This document shows, piece by piece, positions 39,796-51,904 of a stretch of 64,000 bases of DNA (its first letter is position 1; each line of letters begins with the position of its first letter). Source of the DNA: a bacterium (GTDB lineage: Bacteria > UBA8248 > JACPRG01 > G963555815); assembly GCA_965218795.1 (NCBI GenBank), contig OZ244653.1:4160001-4224000 (forward strand). The letters are read 5' to 3'. A program made the translations under genes and the position numbers. The notes beneath the pieces were generated by a model. The model searched no databases. It was given only the letters and a program-made list of their open reading frames with translations, and was not told where the DNA came from.

Positions 39796-42155
39796 ATCCG
39801 GAAGCTTTGACGGAAGAGGCGGCGTATCGTATCGTCGGACGCCGTTTCCCGAAACACGACGGCACGCTGAAAGCCACCGGATCGGCCGTCTACGGAGCGG
39901 ACGTTCTCCCGCCCGGCGCCCTCATCGGGAAGATCCTCCGCAGCCCCTACGCCCACGCAAAACTCCTGCGCATCGACGTCCGGGGGGCGGAATCCCTCCG
40001 AGGCGTGAAGGCCGTGCTCACGGCGAAGGACACCCCCCTCATCCGGTACGGTTTCCGCGAAGGCGCGGATCCGGGGAATACGCGGTTCGCCGATAAGCTC
40101 CCTCTCGCATCGGAGAAGGTCCGCTTCGCCGGTGAGGAGGTTGCCGCCGTGGCCGCCGTCGACGAGGACACCGCCCAAGAGGCCCTGGACCGGATCATTG
40201 TCGATTACGAAGAATTGCCGATCGTGACGTCCCCCCTGGAGGCGATGCGGAATGGCGCTCCGGAACTCCATACGGGCGTCCGGGATAACGTCGCCCTTGA
40301 GATGACGATGGAATTCGGCGATGTCGATCCGGCCCTGGCTGAGGCGGACGTGGTGGCGGACGACGAATTCCACACCTCGCAGGTCGAACCCGTCTGTCTC
40401 GAGACGCAGGGATGCGTGGCGAAGTTCGATTCCGACGGAAGGCTGACGGTCTGGACCTCGATTCAAATGCCGTTCCTGCTTCGGGCCCACTTGGCGAATT
40501 GTCTGGACCTCCCCGAAAACCGGGTGCGCATCATCCGGTCGACCATCGGCGGGGGGTTCGGAAAGCGAATGGAAATGCACGACTTCCATCCCATCTGCGC
40601 GCTCCTGGCGATGAAGACCGGGCGTCCCGTGAGGGTCCTGCTGAGCCGGGAGGAGGATTTCATCGGCTCGCGCACGCGCCATCCCATGGGCATCCGGATG
40701 CGGACGGGCGCGACGAAAGACGGCCGAATTCTCGGACAGGAGATGCGGATCGTCACGGACAACGGCGCCTACATGAGCGCCGCGCCCGGCGTCACGTTCA
40801 CGGCCTCCAACTACAGCATCAGTCTTTACAGCAAGGTGAGGCACTACCGGTTCGACGGGAAGATCGTCTACACGAACAAGAACTACGGCGGCGCCTACCG
40901 CGGCTACGGAAACCCCCAGGGGACGTTCGCGCGGGAGGTTCAGGTGGACATTCTCGCCGAAAAGATCGGCCTCGACCCGGTCGATTTCCGCCTACGGAAC
41001 GTGACGGAAGAGGGCGACGTCTCCGCCTGCGGGTATCGGGTGACGAGTTGCGGGATGCGGGAGTGCATCGAGCGGACCGCGGCGTCCCTGGAATGGACCC
41101 GGAAGAAGAAGGAGGGCCGGCCCGGGCGCGGGGTCGGGATGGCCTGCGCGGTTCATTGCGGCGGCGGGGTCAGGGTATACCGGAACACGGACGCCTGCAG
41201 CGCCCTCGTCAAGATGGAGGACGACGGGACGGTGTCCGTCCTGACCGGGGCGACGGAGATCGGGAGCGGGCAGAACTCCGTGATGGCGGCGGTCGTGGCG
41301 GAAGAGCTGGGCGTCTCGCCCGAGGAAGTCCGGATCATCAGCGAGGATTCGGATGCGGTCCCCTGGGACCTGGGCACCCACGGCAGCCGGATGACCTTCA
41401 TTGCGGGCAACGCAGCCCGGCGCGCCGCAATCGATGTCAAGGAACAGCTGCTCACGGCTGCGGGAGAGATCCTGGAGGCCGACCCCCAGGACCTGGTTGT
41501 TCACGACCGCGAGATTTTCCTTCGCGGCCTGTCCGACCGCCGGGTTTCGCTGACCGACGTCGTCCGGGGCTCCCATTACAATCGGGACAGCCGGATATTC
41601 CTCGGTCGAGGCGTTTACGATCCGCCCCATGAAACGGTCAACCGTGAGACCCATTCGGGTAACATATCGGCGGCCTACAGCTTTTGCGCCCAGGCGGCGG
41701 AGGTGGAGGTCGACCGGGACACGGGCTTCGTCCACGTGCTGCGTCTCGTTGCGGCGCACGACGTCGGATACCCGATCTGCCCCGCAGGGGTGGAGGGTCA
41801 AATCGAGGGCGGCGTCATGCAGGGGATCGGCTACGGCCTGATGGAAGAAATGTTGTTCGACGCCGAATCCGGTCAGCTGCAAAACGGCACCCTGGCGGAT
41901 TACAAACTGCCGACCACCCTCGACGTTCCACCCATCGAGAGTATCATCGTCATCACCCGGGACGGCGAGGGGCCGTTCGGCGCCAAGGGGTTTGCCGAGA
42001 CCACGATTACGCCCACTGCGGCCGCCATCGCCAATGCCGTCTATGACGCCGTGGGGGTGAGGATCAGGGAACTCCCGCTGACCTCCGAGAAAATCTATCA
42101 TGCCCTGAACGGCGGGCCGGAATCGAGGCGGGGAGGAGGGGACGCGCGTGGCTGA
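39792..42155 (+). CDS. Xanthine dehydrogenase family molybdopterin-binding large subunit
   Basis: KATGSAVY, RSPYAHA, IGGGFG, AYRGYGNPQ, GQIEGG, GPFGAKG.AE. Confidence 0.93.
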   Translation: MNPEALTEEAAYRIVGRRFPKHDGTLKATGSAVYGADVLPPGALIGKILRSPYAHAKLLRIDVRGAESLRGVKAVLTAKDTPLIRYGFREGADPGNTRFADKLPLASEKVRFAGEEVAAVAAVDEDTAQEALDRIIVDYEELPIVTSPLEAMRNGAPELHTGVRDNVALEMTMEFGDVDPALAEADVVADDEFHTSQVEPVCLETQGCVAKFDSDGRLTVWTSIQMPFLLRAHLANCLDLPENRVRIIRSTIGGGFGKRMEMHDFHPICALLAMKTGRPVRVLLSREEDFIGSRTRHPMGIRMRTGATKDGRILGQEMRIVTDNGAYMSAAPGVTFTASNYSISLYSKVRHYRFDGKIVYTNKNYGGAYRGYGNPQGTFAREVQVDILAEKIGLDPVDFRLRNVTEEGDVSACGYRVTSCGMRECIERTAASLEWTRKKKEGRPGRGVGMACAVHCGGGVRVYRNTDACSALVKMEDDGTVSVLTGATEIGSGQNSVMAAVVAEELGVSPEEVRIISEDSDAVPWDLGTHGSRMTFIAGNAARRAAIDVKEQLLTAAGEILEADPQDLVVHDREIFLRGLSDRRVSLTDVVRGSHYNRDSRIFLGRGVYDPPHETVNRETHSGNISAAYSFCAQAAEVEVDRDTGFVHVLRLVAAHDVGYPICPAGVEGQIEGGVMQGIGYGLMEEMLFDAESGQLQNGTLADYKLPTTLDVPPIESIIVITRDGEGPFGAKGFAETTITPTAAAIANAVYDAVGVRIRELPLTSEKIYHALNGGPESRRGGGDARG

Positions 42156-42513
42156 GATCCTCGTCGCCCCGGCCTCGGAGTTCGAGGAAGGCGGGTGCCG
42201 GATCATCGCGCAGGACGGTCTGGAGGTCGGCGTCTTCCTTGTGGGCGGCGAGTTCCACGCCTTCGAGAACGAATGCCCGCATCAAGGAGGACCCGTCTGC
42301 CAGGGCAGGCTGTTCAGGCAGGTGGAGGAAATCCTGGGCGAGGACAGGAGCAGTCTCGGCGAAAGATTCTCCGAAGAAAAGGTGCGCATCGTCTGTCCCT
42401 GGCACGGATATGAATTTGACGTCAAGACCGGCGGGCATCCGGCCGACGGACGGATCCGACTGCGGAAGTTCGAGGTGGAGGTACGCGACGGAGCGGTTTT
42501 CGTGATTCTCTAG
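42148..42513 (+). CDS. Rieske [2Fe-2S] ferredoxin
   Basis: CPHQGGP ... CPWHG motifs. Confidence 0.93.
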   Translation: MAEILVAPASEFEEGGCRIIAQDGLEVGVFLVGGEFHAFENECPHQGGPVCQGRLFRQVEEILGEDRSSLGERFSEEKVRIVCPWHGYEFDVKTGGHPADGRIRLRKFEVEVRDGAVFVIL

Positions 42514-42562
42514 AATCAACCCGCGGGGTCACGGTCAAGCAGGGTACAGCGGGAACCGAAGG

Positions 42563-43789
42563 ATGGAGTCAAAGTCGATGGAAACGAAGGTCATCGGGTC
42601 CACGGACCTCGAGCCGTTCCATCACCGCTCGGATACGCGGGAGATTCTCGCCCACGCGAAGCGGCAGGCGGAGGATCGAAACTACGCGGACTACGTCATC
42701 ATGGACGTGGATTCCCACCACTCCGACAATGTGTCCTGGAAGGCGGTGGTCCGCTACATCGAAGACCCGGTCGTTCGTGCGGCCGCCGAGGAGTATCACG
42801 CCAAGGTGGCCTCTCCCCCCTACGGTGTCGTGAACAACATCATGTACTACCAGGACGTGGGCGGGCGCATCCAGCATCAGGCGGGGTGGCGGGAGCCCGT
42901 GGACGACACCGGCCATCACGCGGACGTGACGATTATCCGACGCGCCATCGAGTGCATGGGCCTGGACTATATGGTCGTCTTCCCCACCAAGCTGCTGGAT
43001 CTGGGCAAACATCCGGTCGCAAGGACCGAGGCCCTGTTGGCGTACGCCTATAACCGCTGGCTGGTCGAGAACATCCTGTCGGTCGACCCGCGGATCAAAT
43101 CGCTCCTCTACCTGCCGATCAGTGTGCCGGAAGAGTCCGTCCGGATCGTCGAAGAATTTTCAGAGCACCCGGGCGTGATCGGGTTCATGGTGACGAGCAC
43201 CCGGAACAAGCCGGTTTATGACAATGTCTTCATGCGGCTGTATGCAACGCTGGAGGAGCGGGGCATGCCCCTGGCCTTCCACGGCGGCTATTCCTGGGGC
43301 GAGGAGCCCGTCATGGCCCAAATGAACAAGTTCATGGGCTACCACTTGGTGGGCTTCGTGCTGTGGAACCTGATCCACCTGATCAACTGGGTGACCAACG
43401 GCCTCCCGGAGCGGTTTCCCCGGCTGAAGGTCATCTGGATTGAGAGCGGTCTGGCCTGGTTGCCGTTCGTGATTCAGCGCCTGGACAACGAGTACATGCG
43501 CCGCGTCTCCGAGGCTCCGCTGCTCAAGCGGCGCCCCAGCGAGTACATCCGCGAGATGTATTTTTCCTCACAACCCATGGAACGGGAGAACCTGGAGGCG
43601 CTTGAGCTGACCTTCAAGATGATCAACGCGGAAACTCAGCTCATGTACGCCTCGGATTGGCCGCACTGGGATTTCGACCTGCCCAGCGCGATCTTCGATC
43701 TCCCTTTCCTGGGAGAGAGGGCGCGGCGGAACATCCTCGGGGAGAACGCGCTGAAACTGTTCAACCTGGATAGGCCGGACGGAAAATAG
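42563..43789 (+). CDS. Amidohydrolase-2 fold metalloenzyme (possibly a dinuclear oxygenase)
   Basis: DVDSHH, AYNRW, FH, ERFPRL...ESG, SDWPHWDFD, ILGENA. Confidence 0.88.
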   Translation: MESKSMETKVIGSTDLEPFHHRSDTREILAHAKRQAEDRNYADYVIMDVDSHHSDNVSWKAVVRYIEDPVVRAAAEEYHAKVASPPYGVVNNIMYYQDVGGRIQHQAGWREPVDDTGHHADVTIIRRAIECMGLDYMVVFPTKLLDLGKHPVARTEALLAYAYNRWLVENILSVDPRIKSLLYLPISVPEESVRIVEEFSEHPGVIGFMVTSTRNKPVYDNVFMRLYATLEERGMPLAFHGGYSWGEEPVMAQMNKFMGYHLVGFVLWNLIHLINWVTNGLPERFPRLKVIWIESGLAWLPFVIQRLDNEYMRRVSEAPLLKRRPSEYIREMYFSSQPMERENLEALELTFKMINAETQLMYASDWPHWDFDLPSAIFDLPFLGERARRNILGENALKLFNLDRPDGK

Positions 43790-43928
43790 ACGCGCGTGGG
43801 ATATGGGTGGGCGGGTTCGCCGGTAACGGAGGAGTCTGCGCCCGCCGTCGTGGGCCATCCGATTCCCTGAGTCGGACGAAGCCCGGGCTTCGATCCATCC
43901 ACCGACGGGGGAAGGAGGATAAGACCGC

Positions 43929-44717
43929 ATGATGGACCCAGTATCCCAGCGGCCGGGAATCCGTTGCATCGACCTCAGCGTTCCGCTCCAGAATTACTCC
44001 TACGACCGGGACGAAGCCAAGATTTTTTATTGGGACCACCGGGAAGGGGGACGGCGGATCTCCAGGAAAATCGGCTTTGACCCCGCTCTTCTGCCCGACG
44101 GGATGGCTCTGGCGGCGGAAGAGGTGGAGCTGAACACCCATTCCGGCACCCACATGGATTCTCCGTGGCATTTCGGTCCCACGTGCGAGGGCCAACCCTC
44201 GCGCAGGGCGGATCAGATCCCCCTGGCCTGGTGCTTCTCGGACGGCGTACTCCTCGACATGACCCATAAGCGGGCGGGACACCTCATCACGGCGGAGGAC
44301 ATGGACGAGGCGGTGGGAAAGATTGGATATGAGATCAAGCCGTTCGATATCGTCCTCATCCGGACCGACGCCACGAAGCTCTATGAAAGCCCGGATTTTC
44401 TGGTGAGCCAGCCGGGCATGGGGCGCGAGAGCACGCTCTGGCTTCTGGACCGGGGGGTGAAGATCGCGGGCATCGACGCCTGGAGCTTCGACCGGCCGCT
44501 GACGGAGATGATGAAGGAGCTCAAGGCGGGCGACACAGCGGCCTACTGCCCGGCCCATTTTGTCGGAAAAGAGCGCGAGTACTGCCACGTGGAGAAACTG
44601 GCCAACCTGGACATGATCCCCAGAGCATTCGGGTTCAAAGTGGCGGTATTTCCCATCAAAATCGAACGCTCCAGCGCCGGCTGGGTGCGGGCGGTGGCGA
44701 TCTTCGACGAGGACTGA
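43929..44717 (+). CDS. Cyclase family (kynurenine formamidase-like) metal hydrolase
   Basis: HSGTHMDSPWH, GIDAW, HVEKL, WVRAVA. Confidence 0.92.
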   Translation: MMDPVSQRPGIRCIDLSVPLQNYSYDRDEAKIFYWDHREGGRRISRKIGFDPALLPDGMALAAEEVELNTHSGTHMDSPWHFGPTCEGQPSRRADQIPLAWCFSDGVLLDMTHKRAGHLITAEDMDEAVGKIGYEIKPFDIVLIRTDATKLYESPDFLVSQPGMGRESTLWLLDRGVKIAGIDAWSFDRPLTEMMKELKAGDTAAYCPAHFVGKEREYCHVEKLANLDMIPRAFGFKVAVFPIKIERSSAGWVRAVAIFDED

Positions 44718-44731
44718 TTCCGGGAGGCGGG

Positions 44732-45361
44732 ATGAACCTCAAGGAGCGGCGCGTGGAGGGGATGGACCGAGTCATGGCGATGACTGAAATTCGGACCTGC
44801 GCCGCCCAGAGCAAGTCCCAGGGCGGCGTGATCTGCGTCGTGAAAGGCGGCCGGCTCGTGGAGGTCCTGCCCGACCCCGATCACCCCAACGGTCCTCACG
44901 AGGTCGATCTGTATCCGAAGAGCCGGGTCCTGCCGGAGCTTCTCTATCACTCCGAATGGCTGAAGCGTCCCGTGCGCTGGTCCCGGCTGGGAGAGCATCT
45001 CTGGGATGAGGCTTTGGAGTCCATCGCGCAGAAGCTCCTGACCATCCAAGAGGAATCCGGCCCGGAGGCGGTGGATTTCCACCGAGCCTTGCCGGGGGGC
45101 GCCGCTTCAAGCGATTACAACCCCTGGTTTCACCGGCTGGCCTTCACCTTCGGAAGTCCGAACGCCTCCTCCGCGATGTACATCTGCAACTGGCACAAGG
45201 ACTTTGCGTCCCGTTACACCTACGGGAGCGGGGTCGCCGAGCCCGACTTCGACCGGCCGCGGGCGCTCATCCTGGGGGCCGGGGGCGGGCCGGACGCGCT
45301 CCTTGCGCTTTACCATGATTCCGATGATCTGTATCCTTGCAATTCTGCGAAAATTGATTAA
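44732..45361 (+). pseudogene. Truncated, degenerate DMSO-reductase-family molybdopterin oxidoreductase N-terminus
   Basis: DPDHPNG, WDEALESIA, GPEAV, FGSPN, ICNWHKD; Fe-S cysteines eroded; only about 200 aa. Confidence 0.75.
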
Positions 45362-45589
45362 GAAGCATTGGGGCATTCCTCATCGGCCCAGGAAGCCTTC
45401 ATCTCCCTTCGGGCGTTCTTCAGAAGGGGGAATCGTTTTTCTTTTTTGCAGAAATAACAGGATGATTTGGAGTGGATTGCGGGAGGCGAAGGTCTTCCCG
45501 CAATTTTGCCGTCCGGCGGCAGTGTTGGCTGATTTCGAGTGCGGTTTGACGGGTCTATCGCCCGTCCCGACGAAATCCAACAGGAGTTG

Positions 45590-47786
<2,197 letters not shown>

Positions 47787-47898
47787 GAGTCGCTCCGCGG
47801 AACCAGGCGGAATCACCCCCTGCTTTCCAATTCTGGATCCGATACAGAATTCAAGCCGGCGCCGGCTCAATCATGACAGTTCAGTCTGACGCGTTGGG

Positions 47899-48753
47899 TT
47901 GCGAAACGTGCGGGAAATCCAGGCCGTCCAGATCACCGAAGCCGTAAAAGACATGTGCATCCAGGCGAATCGCGTTTTGGGTGAAGACATGCTGGCGGCA
48001 TTGGCGGACTCCGTGAAAAAGGAGGAATCCCCGGCCGGAATCATCGTTCTCGAACAGCTTTCAGAGAATGCAGCGCTTGCGTCCGAGCGGGAGATGCCCC
48101 TTTGTCAGGACACCGGATTTTCGGTGTTTTTCGTGGATGTGGGGCAGGATGCCCACATCACGGGCGGAAACCTGGAAGACGCGATCAATGAAGGCGTGCG
48201 GCGGGGCTATCGGGACGGGTTGCTCAGGGCTTCCATCGTCGAGCATCCTTTTTCGGACCGCCTGAACACGGGAGACAACACGCCGGCGGTGATCCATACC
48301 CGAATGGTTCCGGGAGATTCCCTTCGAATCGTTTTTGACGCCAAAGGAGGCGGAAGCGAAAACCAAAGCCAGCTCCGGATGCTCGAACCGGCAGATGGCC
48401 GGAAAGGCGTGCGGGATTTTATCATCCAGGCGGCCGTCAACGCGGGTCCGAGCGCCTGCCCGCCTTTGATTGTGGGCGTGGGTATCGGCGGGACCTTCGA
48501 AAAATGCGCCTTTCTTGCCAAGCAGGCTCTCTTGCGGGAGCTGGGTGATCCGAATCCCGATCCGGAAGTGGCCGAGCTGGAGACGGAATGCCTGAAGGCC
48601 ATCAATGATTCCGGCGTCGGACCGATGGGGTTCGGCGGCCGCGTGACGGCCCTGGCCGTCCACGTCGAGACATATCCCTGCCACATCGCGAGCCTGCCCG
48701 TGGCAGTGAACGTTGAGTGTCATTCCCACCGCCACCGGAACGTCACGCTCTGA
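47899..48753 (+). CDS. Fe-S fumarate hydratase alpha subunit
   Basis: CQDTG, NTGDNTP, KGGGSEN, ACPP, CHIASLPV; TTG start uncertain. Confidence 0.92.
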   Translation: MRNVREIQAVQITEAVKDMCIQANRVLGEDMLAALADSVKKEESPAGIIVLEQLSENAALASEREMPLCQDTGFSVFFVDVGQDAHITGGNLEDAINEGVRRGYRDGLLRASIVEHPFSDRLNTGDNTPAVIHTRMVPGDSLRIVFDAKGGGSENQSQLRMLEPADGRKGVRDFIIQAAVNAGPSACPPLIVGVGIGGTFEKCAFLAKQALLRELGDPNPDPEVAELETECLKAINDSGVGPMGFGGRVTALAVHVETYPCHIASLPVAVNVECHSHRHRNVTL

Positions 48754-48763
48754 TGGAGGGGCC

Positions 48764-49327
48764 ATGTCCGAAGCAAAGCGTTTGATCGTCCCCTTATCCA
48801 ATCAAGACGTCGAGGGCCTGAGCGCCGGCGAGCAAGTCCTGCTGTTTGGGTCGCTCATCACGGCGCGCGACGCGGCTCACAAGCGGCTCGTGGAACTGGT
48901 GGACCGCGGTGAACCGCTCCCTGTCGATCTGGCCGGACAGGTGATATACTTTGTCGGGCCGACTCCGCCCAAGCCCGGAGAAGCCATTGGTTCGGCCGGT
49001 CCCACGACCGCCTCCCGGATGGACAGGTATTCCTCTCAGTTGATGGCTCTTGGAATGAAGGGAATGATCGGCAAGGGTTCGCGGGGTCCGGAAGTGGTCG
49101 AGGCCATGAAAAAGTATCGATGTGTGTACTTTGCGGCCATGGGCGGTGCGGGAGCCTTGCTATCCGGGAGTATCAAATCCAGCGAGGTTCTGGCCTGCGA
49201 TGATTTGGGAACGGAAGCCATCCGCCGTCTGGAAGTGGAGGGGTTTCCTGTCGTGGTGGCAAACGACGTCCTTGGCAATGACCTGTTCCAAATGGGAAAG
49301 GCGGCCTACGCCCGGAAAAGCGGATAG
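48764..49327 (+). CDS. Fe-S fumarate hydratase beta subunit
   Basis: TARDAAHKR, GPTTASRMD, MIGKG. Confidence 0.92.
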   Translation: MSEAKRLIVPLSNQDVEGLSAGEQVLLFGSLITARDAAHKRLVELVDRGEPLPVDLAGQVIYFVGPTPPKPGEAIGSAGPTTASRMDRYSSQLMALGMKGMIGKGSRGPEVVEAMKKYRCVYFAAMGGAGALLSGSIKSSEVLACDDLGTEAIRRLEVEGFPVVVANDVLGNDLFQMGKAAYARKSG

Positions 49328-49358
49328 ACGGGGCGCGGAGGAGTAAGGAGAAATTCAC

Positions 49359-50111
49359 ATGGCGGATGCCACAGTAACAATCGGAGGGGAAGGCTTTGGC
49401 GCCACCCAGCGTCGCGACGCCTGGTGGATACAGCCTCTGGTGACTGGACTCGTATTGGCGATGTTCGGCGTCTATGCCACCTGGGCGGCGTTCCAAGGCG
49501 AAAACTACTACGCCGAGCCCTACCTGTCTCCATTTTATTCTCCCTTGATTCTTGTGGACTGGTGGCCTTTATCGCCGGCCATTCTCATCCTTTGGATGCC
49601 CCTGGGGTTTCGGTTGACCTGCTATTACTATCGAAAGGCCTATTACCGGGCCTATTTTCTGGATCCTCCCGCCTGCGCCGTGGGAGAGAGAAAAGGCAGG
49701 TACTATGTGGGCGAGCGGGCCTTCCCCTTTGTGTTGCAGAACCTGCATCGGTACTTTTTCTACCTGGCCGTCATCGTCGTGGCTTTTCTTTGGTATGACA
49801 CGGTGGAGGCATTCCACTTCAAGGACGGCGTCGGCGTTGGGTTGGGAACGCTGGTCTTGTTGGCCAATGTTGTCTTGCTGTCGTTTTATACATTTTCCTG
49901 CCACAGCTTCCGGCATCTCATCGGAGGCAAGCTGGACTGCATGTCGTGCACCCATCGCGGGGGAGCGAGAGCCCACGCGTGGAAAGGGGTGAGCGCGATC
50001 AATCACCACCACATGTTCTGGGCCTGGACCAGCTTGGTCATGGTGGGTCTGGCGGATTTATATGTTCGTTTGGTGGCCTCGGGGGTCATTCAGGACGTGA
50101 GGTTCTTCTGA
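49359..50111 (+). CDS. Succinate dehydrogenase membrane anchor (mycobacterial Sdh1 Rv0249c-like)
   Basis: PYLSPFYSP, FRLTCYYYRKAYYR, QNLHRYF, SCHSFRH; directly upstream of sdhA. Confidence 0.8.
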   Translation: MADATVTIGGEGFGATQRRDAWWIQPLVTGLVLAMFGVYATWAAFQGENYYAEPYLSPFYSPLILVDWWPLSPAILILWMPLGFRLTCYYYRKAYYRAYFLDPPACAVGERKGRYYVGERAFPFVLQNLHRYFFYLAVIVVAFLWYDTVEAFHFKDGVGVGLGTLVLLANVVLLSFYTFSCHSFRHLIGGKLDCMSCTHRGGARAHAWKGVSAINHHHMFWAWTSLVMVGLADLYVRLVASGVIQDVRFF

Positions 50112-51901
50112 TGCAGAATATCGAAATCCACGAACATGACATCATTGTGATCGGAGCGGGAGGCGCCGGCCTCCGGGCGGCCATCGAGGCGTCCGCCCAG
50201 GGGGTATCGGTCGGGATGGTTTGCAAGTCCCTTTTGGGGAAAGCCCATACGGTGATGGCCGAGGGCGGCATTGCGGCGGCCCTGGCCAGCGTAGACCCGG
50301 AAGACAACTGGCAGACTCACTTCCGCGACACCATGCGTGGCGGCAAAATGCTGAATCAGTGGGACATGGCGGAGGTCCATGCCCAAGAGGCGCCGGACCG
50401 GGTGAAAGAACTCCAGGAATGGGGAGCCCTGTTCGATCGAACGCCGTCGGGCGGGATTCTTCAGCGCGCCTTCGGGGGCCACCGCTGGCGGCGGCTTGCC
50501 CATGTGGGTGACCGGACGGGACTGGAAATGATTCGAACCCTCCAGGACCGCGGCGTCCATCAGGGTGTCGACGTCTATATGGAATGCACGGTGACCGACT
50601 TGGTCAAGGATGGAGACCGGATTTCAGGCGCGTTGGCCTACTGGCGGGAGAGCGGGCGGTTTGTCCTGTTCAAGGCCAAAGCGGTCGTGGTGGCCACCGG
50701 TGGGATCGGGATGGCGTACAAGATCACGTCCAACTCCTGGGAGTACACAGGCGACGGTACAGCGTTGGGTTACCGGGCAGGTGCGGACCTCATCGATATG
50801 GAGTTCGTCCAGTTCCACCCGACCGGCATGATTTGGCCTCCGGGCGTCCAGGGTATTCTCGTCACCGAGGGCGTCCGTGGAGACGGAGGGCTTCTCAAGA
50901 ACAACAGAGACGAACGGTTCATGTTCAATTACATTCCTGACATGTTCCGCTCGGAAACCGCGGAGACGGAGGAAGAGGCCGACCGTTGGCTGGCTGGAGA
51001 CAGGAACGCGCGCCGGACGCCGGATCTTTTGACGCGGGATGTCGTCGCGCGAGCCATCCTGAACGAGGTGAAAGAAGGTCGTGGGAGCGAACATGGAGGC
51101 GCTTACCTGGACATCTCGCACAAGCCCGCCGAATACGTCAAGAGAAAGCTCCCCAGCATGTTCATGCAGTTCGGTGAACTCGCGGATATCGATATCACGC
51201 AACAGCCGATGGAAGTCGGCCCGACCACCCATTACATCATGGGCGGACTTCGCGCAGAGGGGAGATCCACAGCGAGCACCGTTCCGGGTCTGTTCAGCGC
51301 GGGAGAGGCCACCGGCGGACTTCATGGAGCCAACCGCCTGGGCGGCAATTCCCTGTCCGATTTGCTCGTCTTCGGGAGGTTGGCGGGATTGGCGGCCGCT
51401 GAATTCGCCCAGGGCATCGAATCCAGCCCCAACGTGGATTCGGGGGACGTGGAACGCGCCATGACGGAGGCTCTCGCACCGTTTGGCCGTCCTGACGGAG
51501 AGAATCCCTTCCAAATCCATCAAGAGCTTCGAGAGAGCATGCAGGACAACGTCGGGATCATCCGCAACGAGGAGGGGCTGAACCGCGGTCTCGAGAAACT
51601 CAATGAATTCAGGGAGCGGGCGTCTCGGGCCGGGGCGCAAGGGTCCCGGATGTTCAACCCGGGCTGGCATCTTTGCATCGATCTCAAAAACATGATCGAC
51701 AACTGTGAGGTCATCGCGTTATCGGCAACCCTGAGAAAGGAAAGCCGTGGCGCCCACACCCGTGACGACTACCCGGACACCTCCGAAGAAGAAGGAAAGG
51801 TGAACACCATCATCAGACAGGAAGACGGGGAGATGAAAGCCAGTACGGCCCCCCTCCCTGGAATGCCCGAAGAACTCCAAAAGCTCTTCGAGGAGGAATA
51901 G
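50111..51901 (+). CDS. sdhA: Succinate dehydrogenase/fumarate reductase flavoprotein
   Basis: GAGGAG, AHTVMAEGG (covalent FAD His), QFHPT, HGANRLGGNSL, ESRGAH. Confidence 0.95.
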   Translation: MQNIEIHEHDIIVIGAGGAGLRAAIEASAQGVSVGMVCKSLLGKAHTVMAEGGIAAALASVDPEDNWQTHFRDTMRGGKMLNQWDMAEVHAQEAPDRVKELQEWGALFDRTPSGGILQRAFGGHRWRRLAHVGDRTGLEMIRTLQDRGVHQGVDVYMECTVTDLVKDGDRISGALAYWRESGRFVLFKAKAVVVATGGIGMAYKITSNSWEYTGDGTALGYRAGADLIDMEFVQFHPTGMIWPPGVQGILVTEGVRGDGGLLKNNRDERFMFNYIPDMFRSETAETEEEADRWLAGDRNARRTPDLLTRDVVARAILNEVKEGRGSEHGGAYLDISHKPAEYVKRKLPSMFMQFGELADIDITQQPMEVGPTTHYIMGGLRAEGRSTASTVPGLFSAGEATGGLHGANRLGGNSLSDLLVFGRLAGLAAAEFAQGIESSPNVDSGDVERAMTEALAPFGRPDGENPFQIHQELRESMQDNVGIIRNEEGLNRGLEKLNEFRERASRAGAQGSRMFNPGWHLCIDLKNMIDNCEVIALSATLRKESRGAHTRDDYPDTSEEEGKVNTIIRQEDGEMKASTAPLPGMPEELQKLFEEE

Positions 51902-51904
51902 TCG

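Noticed and set aside
39792-42155. Aerobic CO dehydrogenase CoxL
   Set aside because: Active-site loop is AYRGYG, not AYxCSFR, and coxS/coxM are absent.
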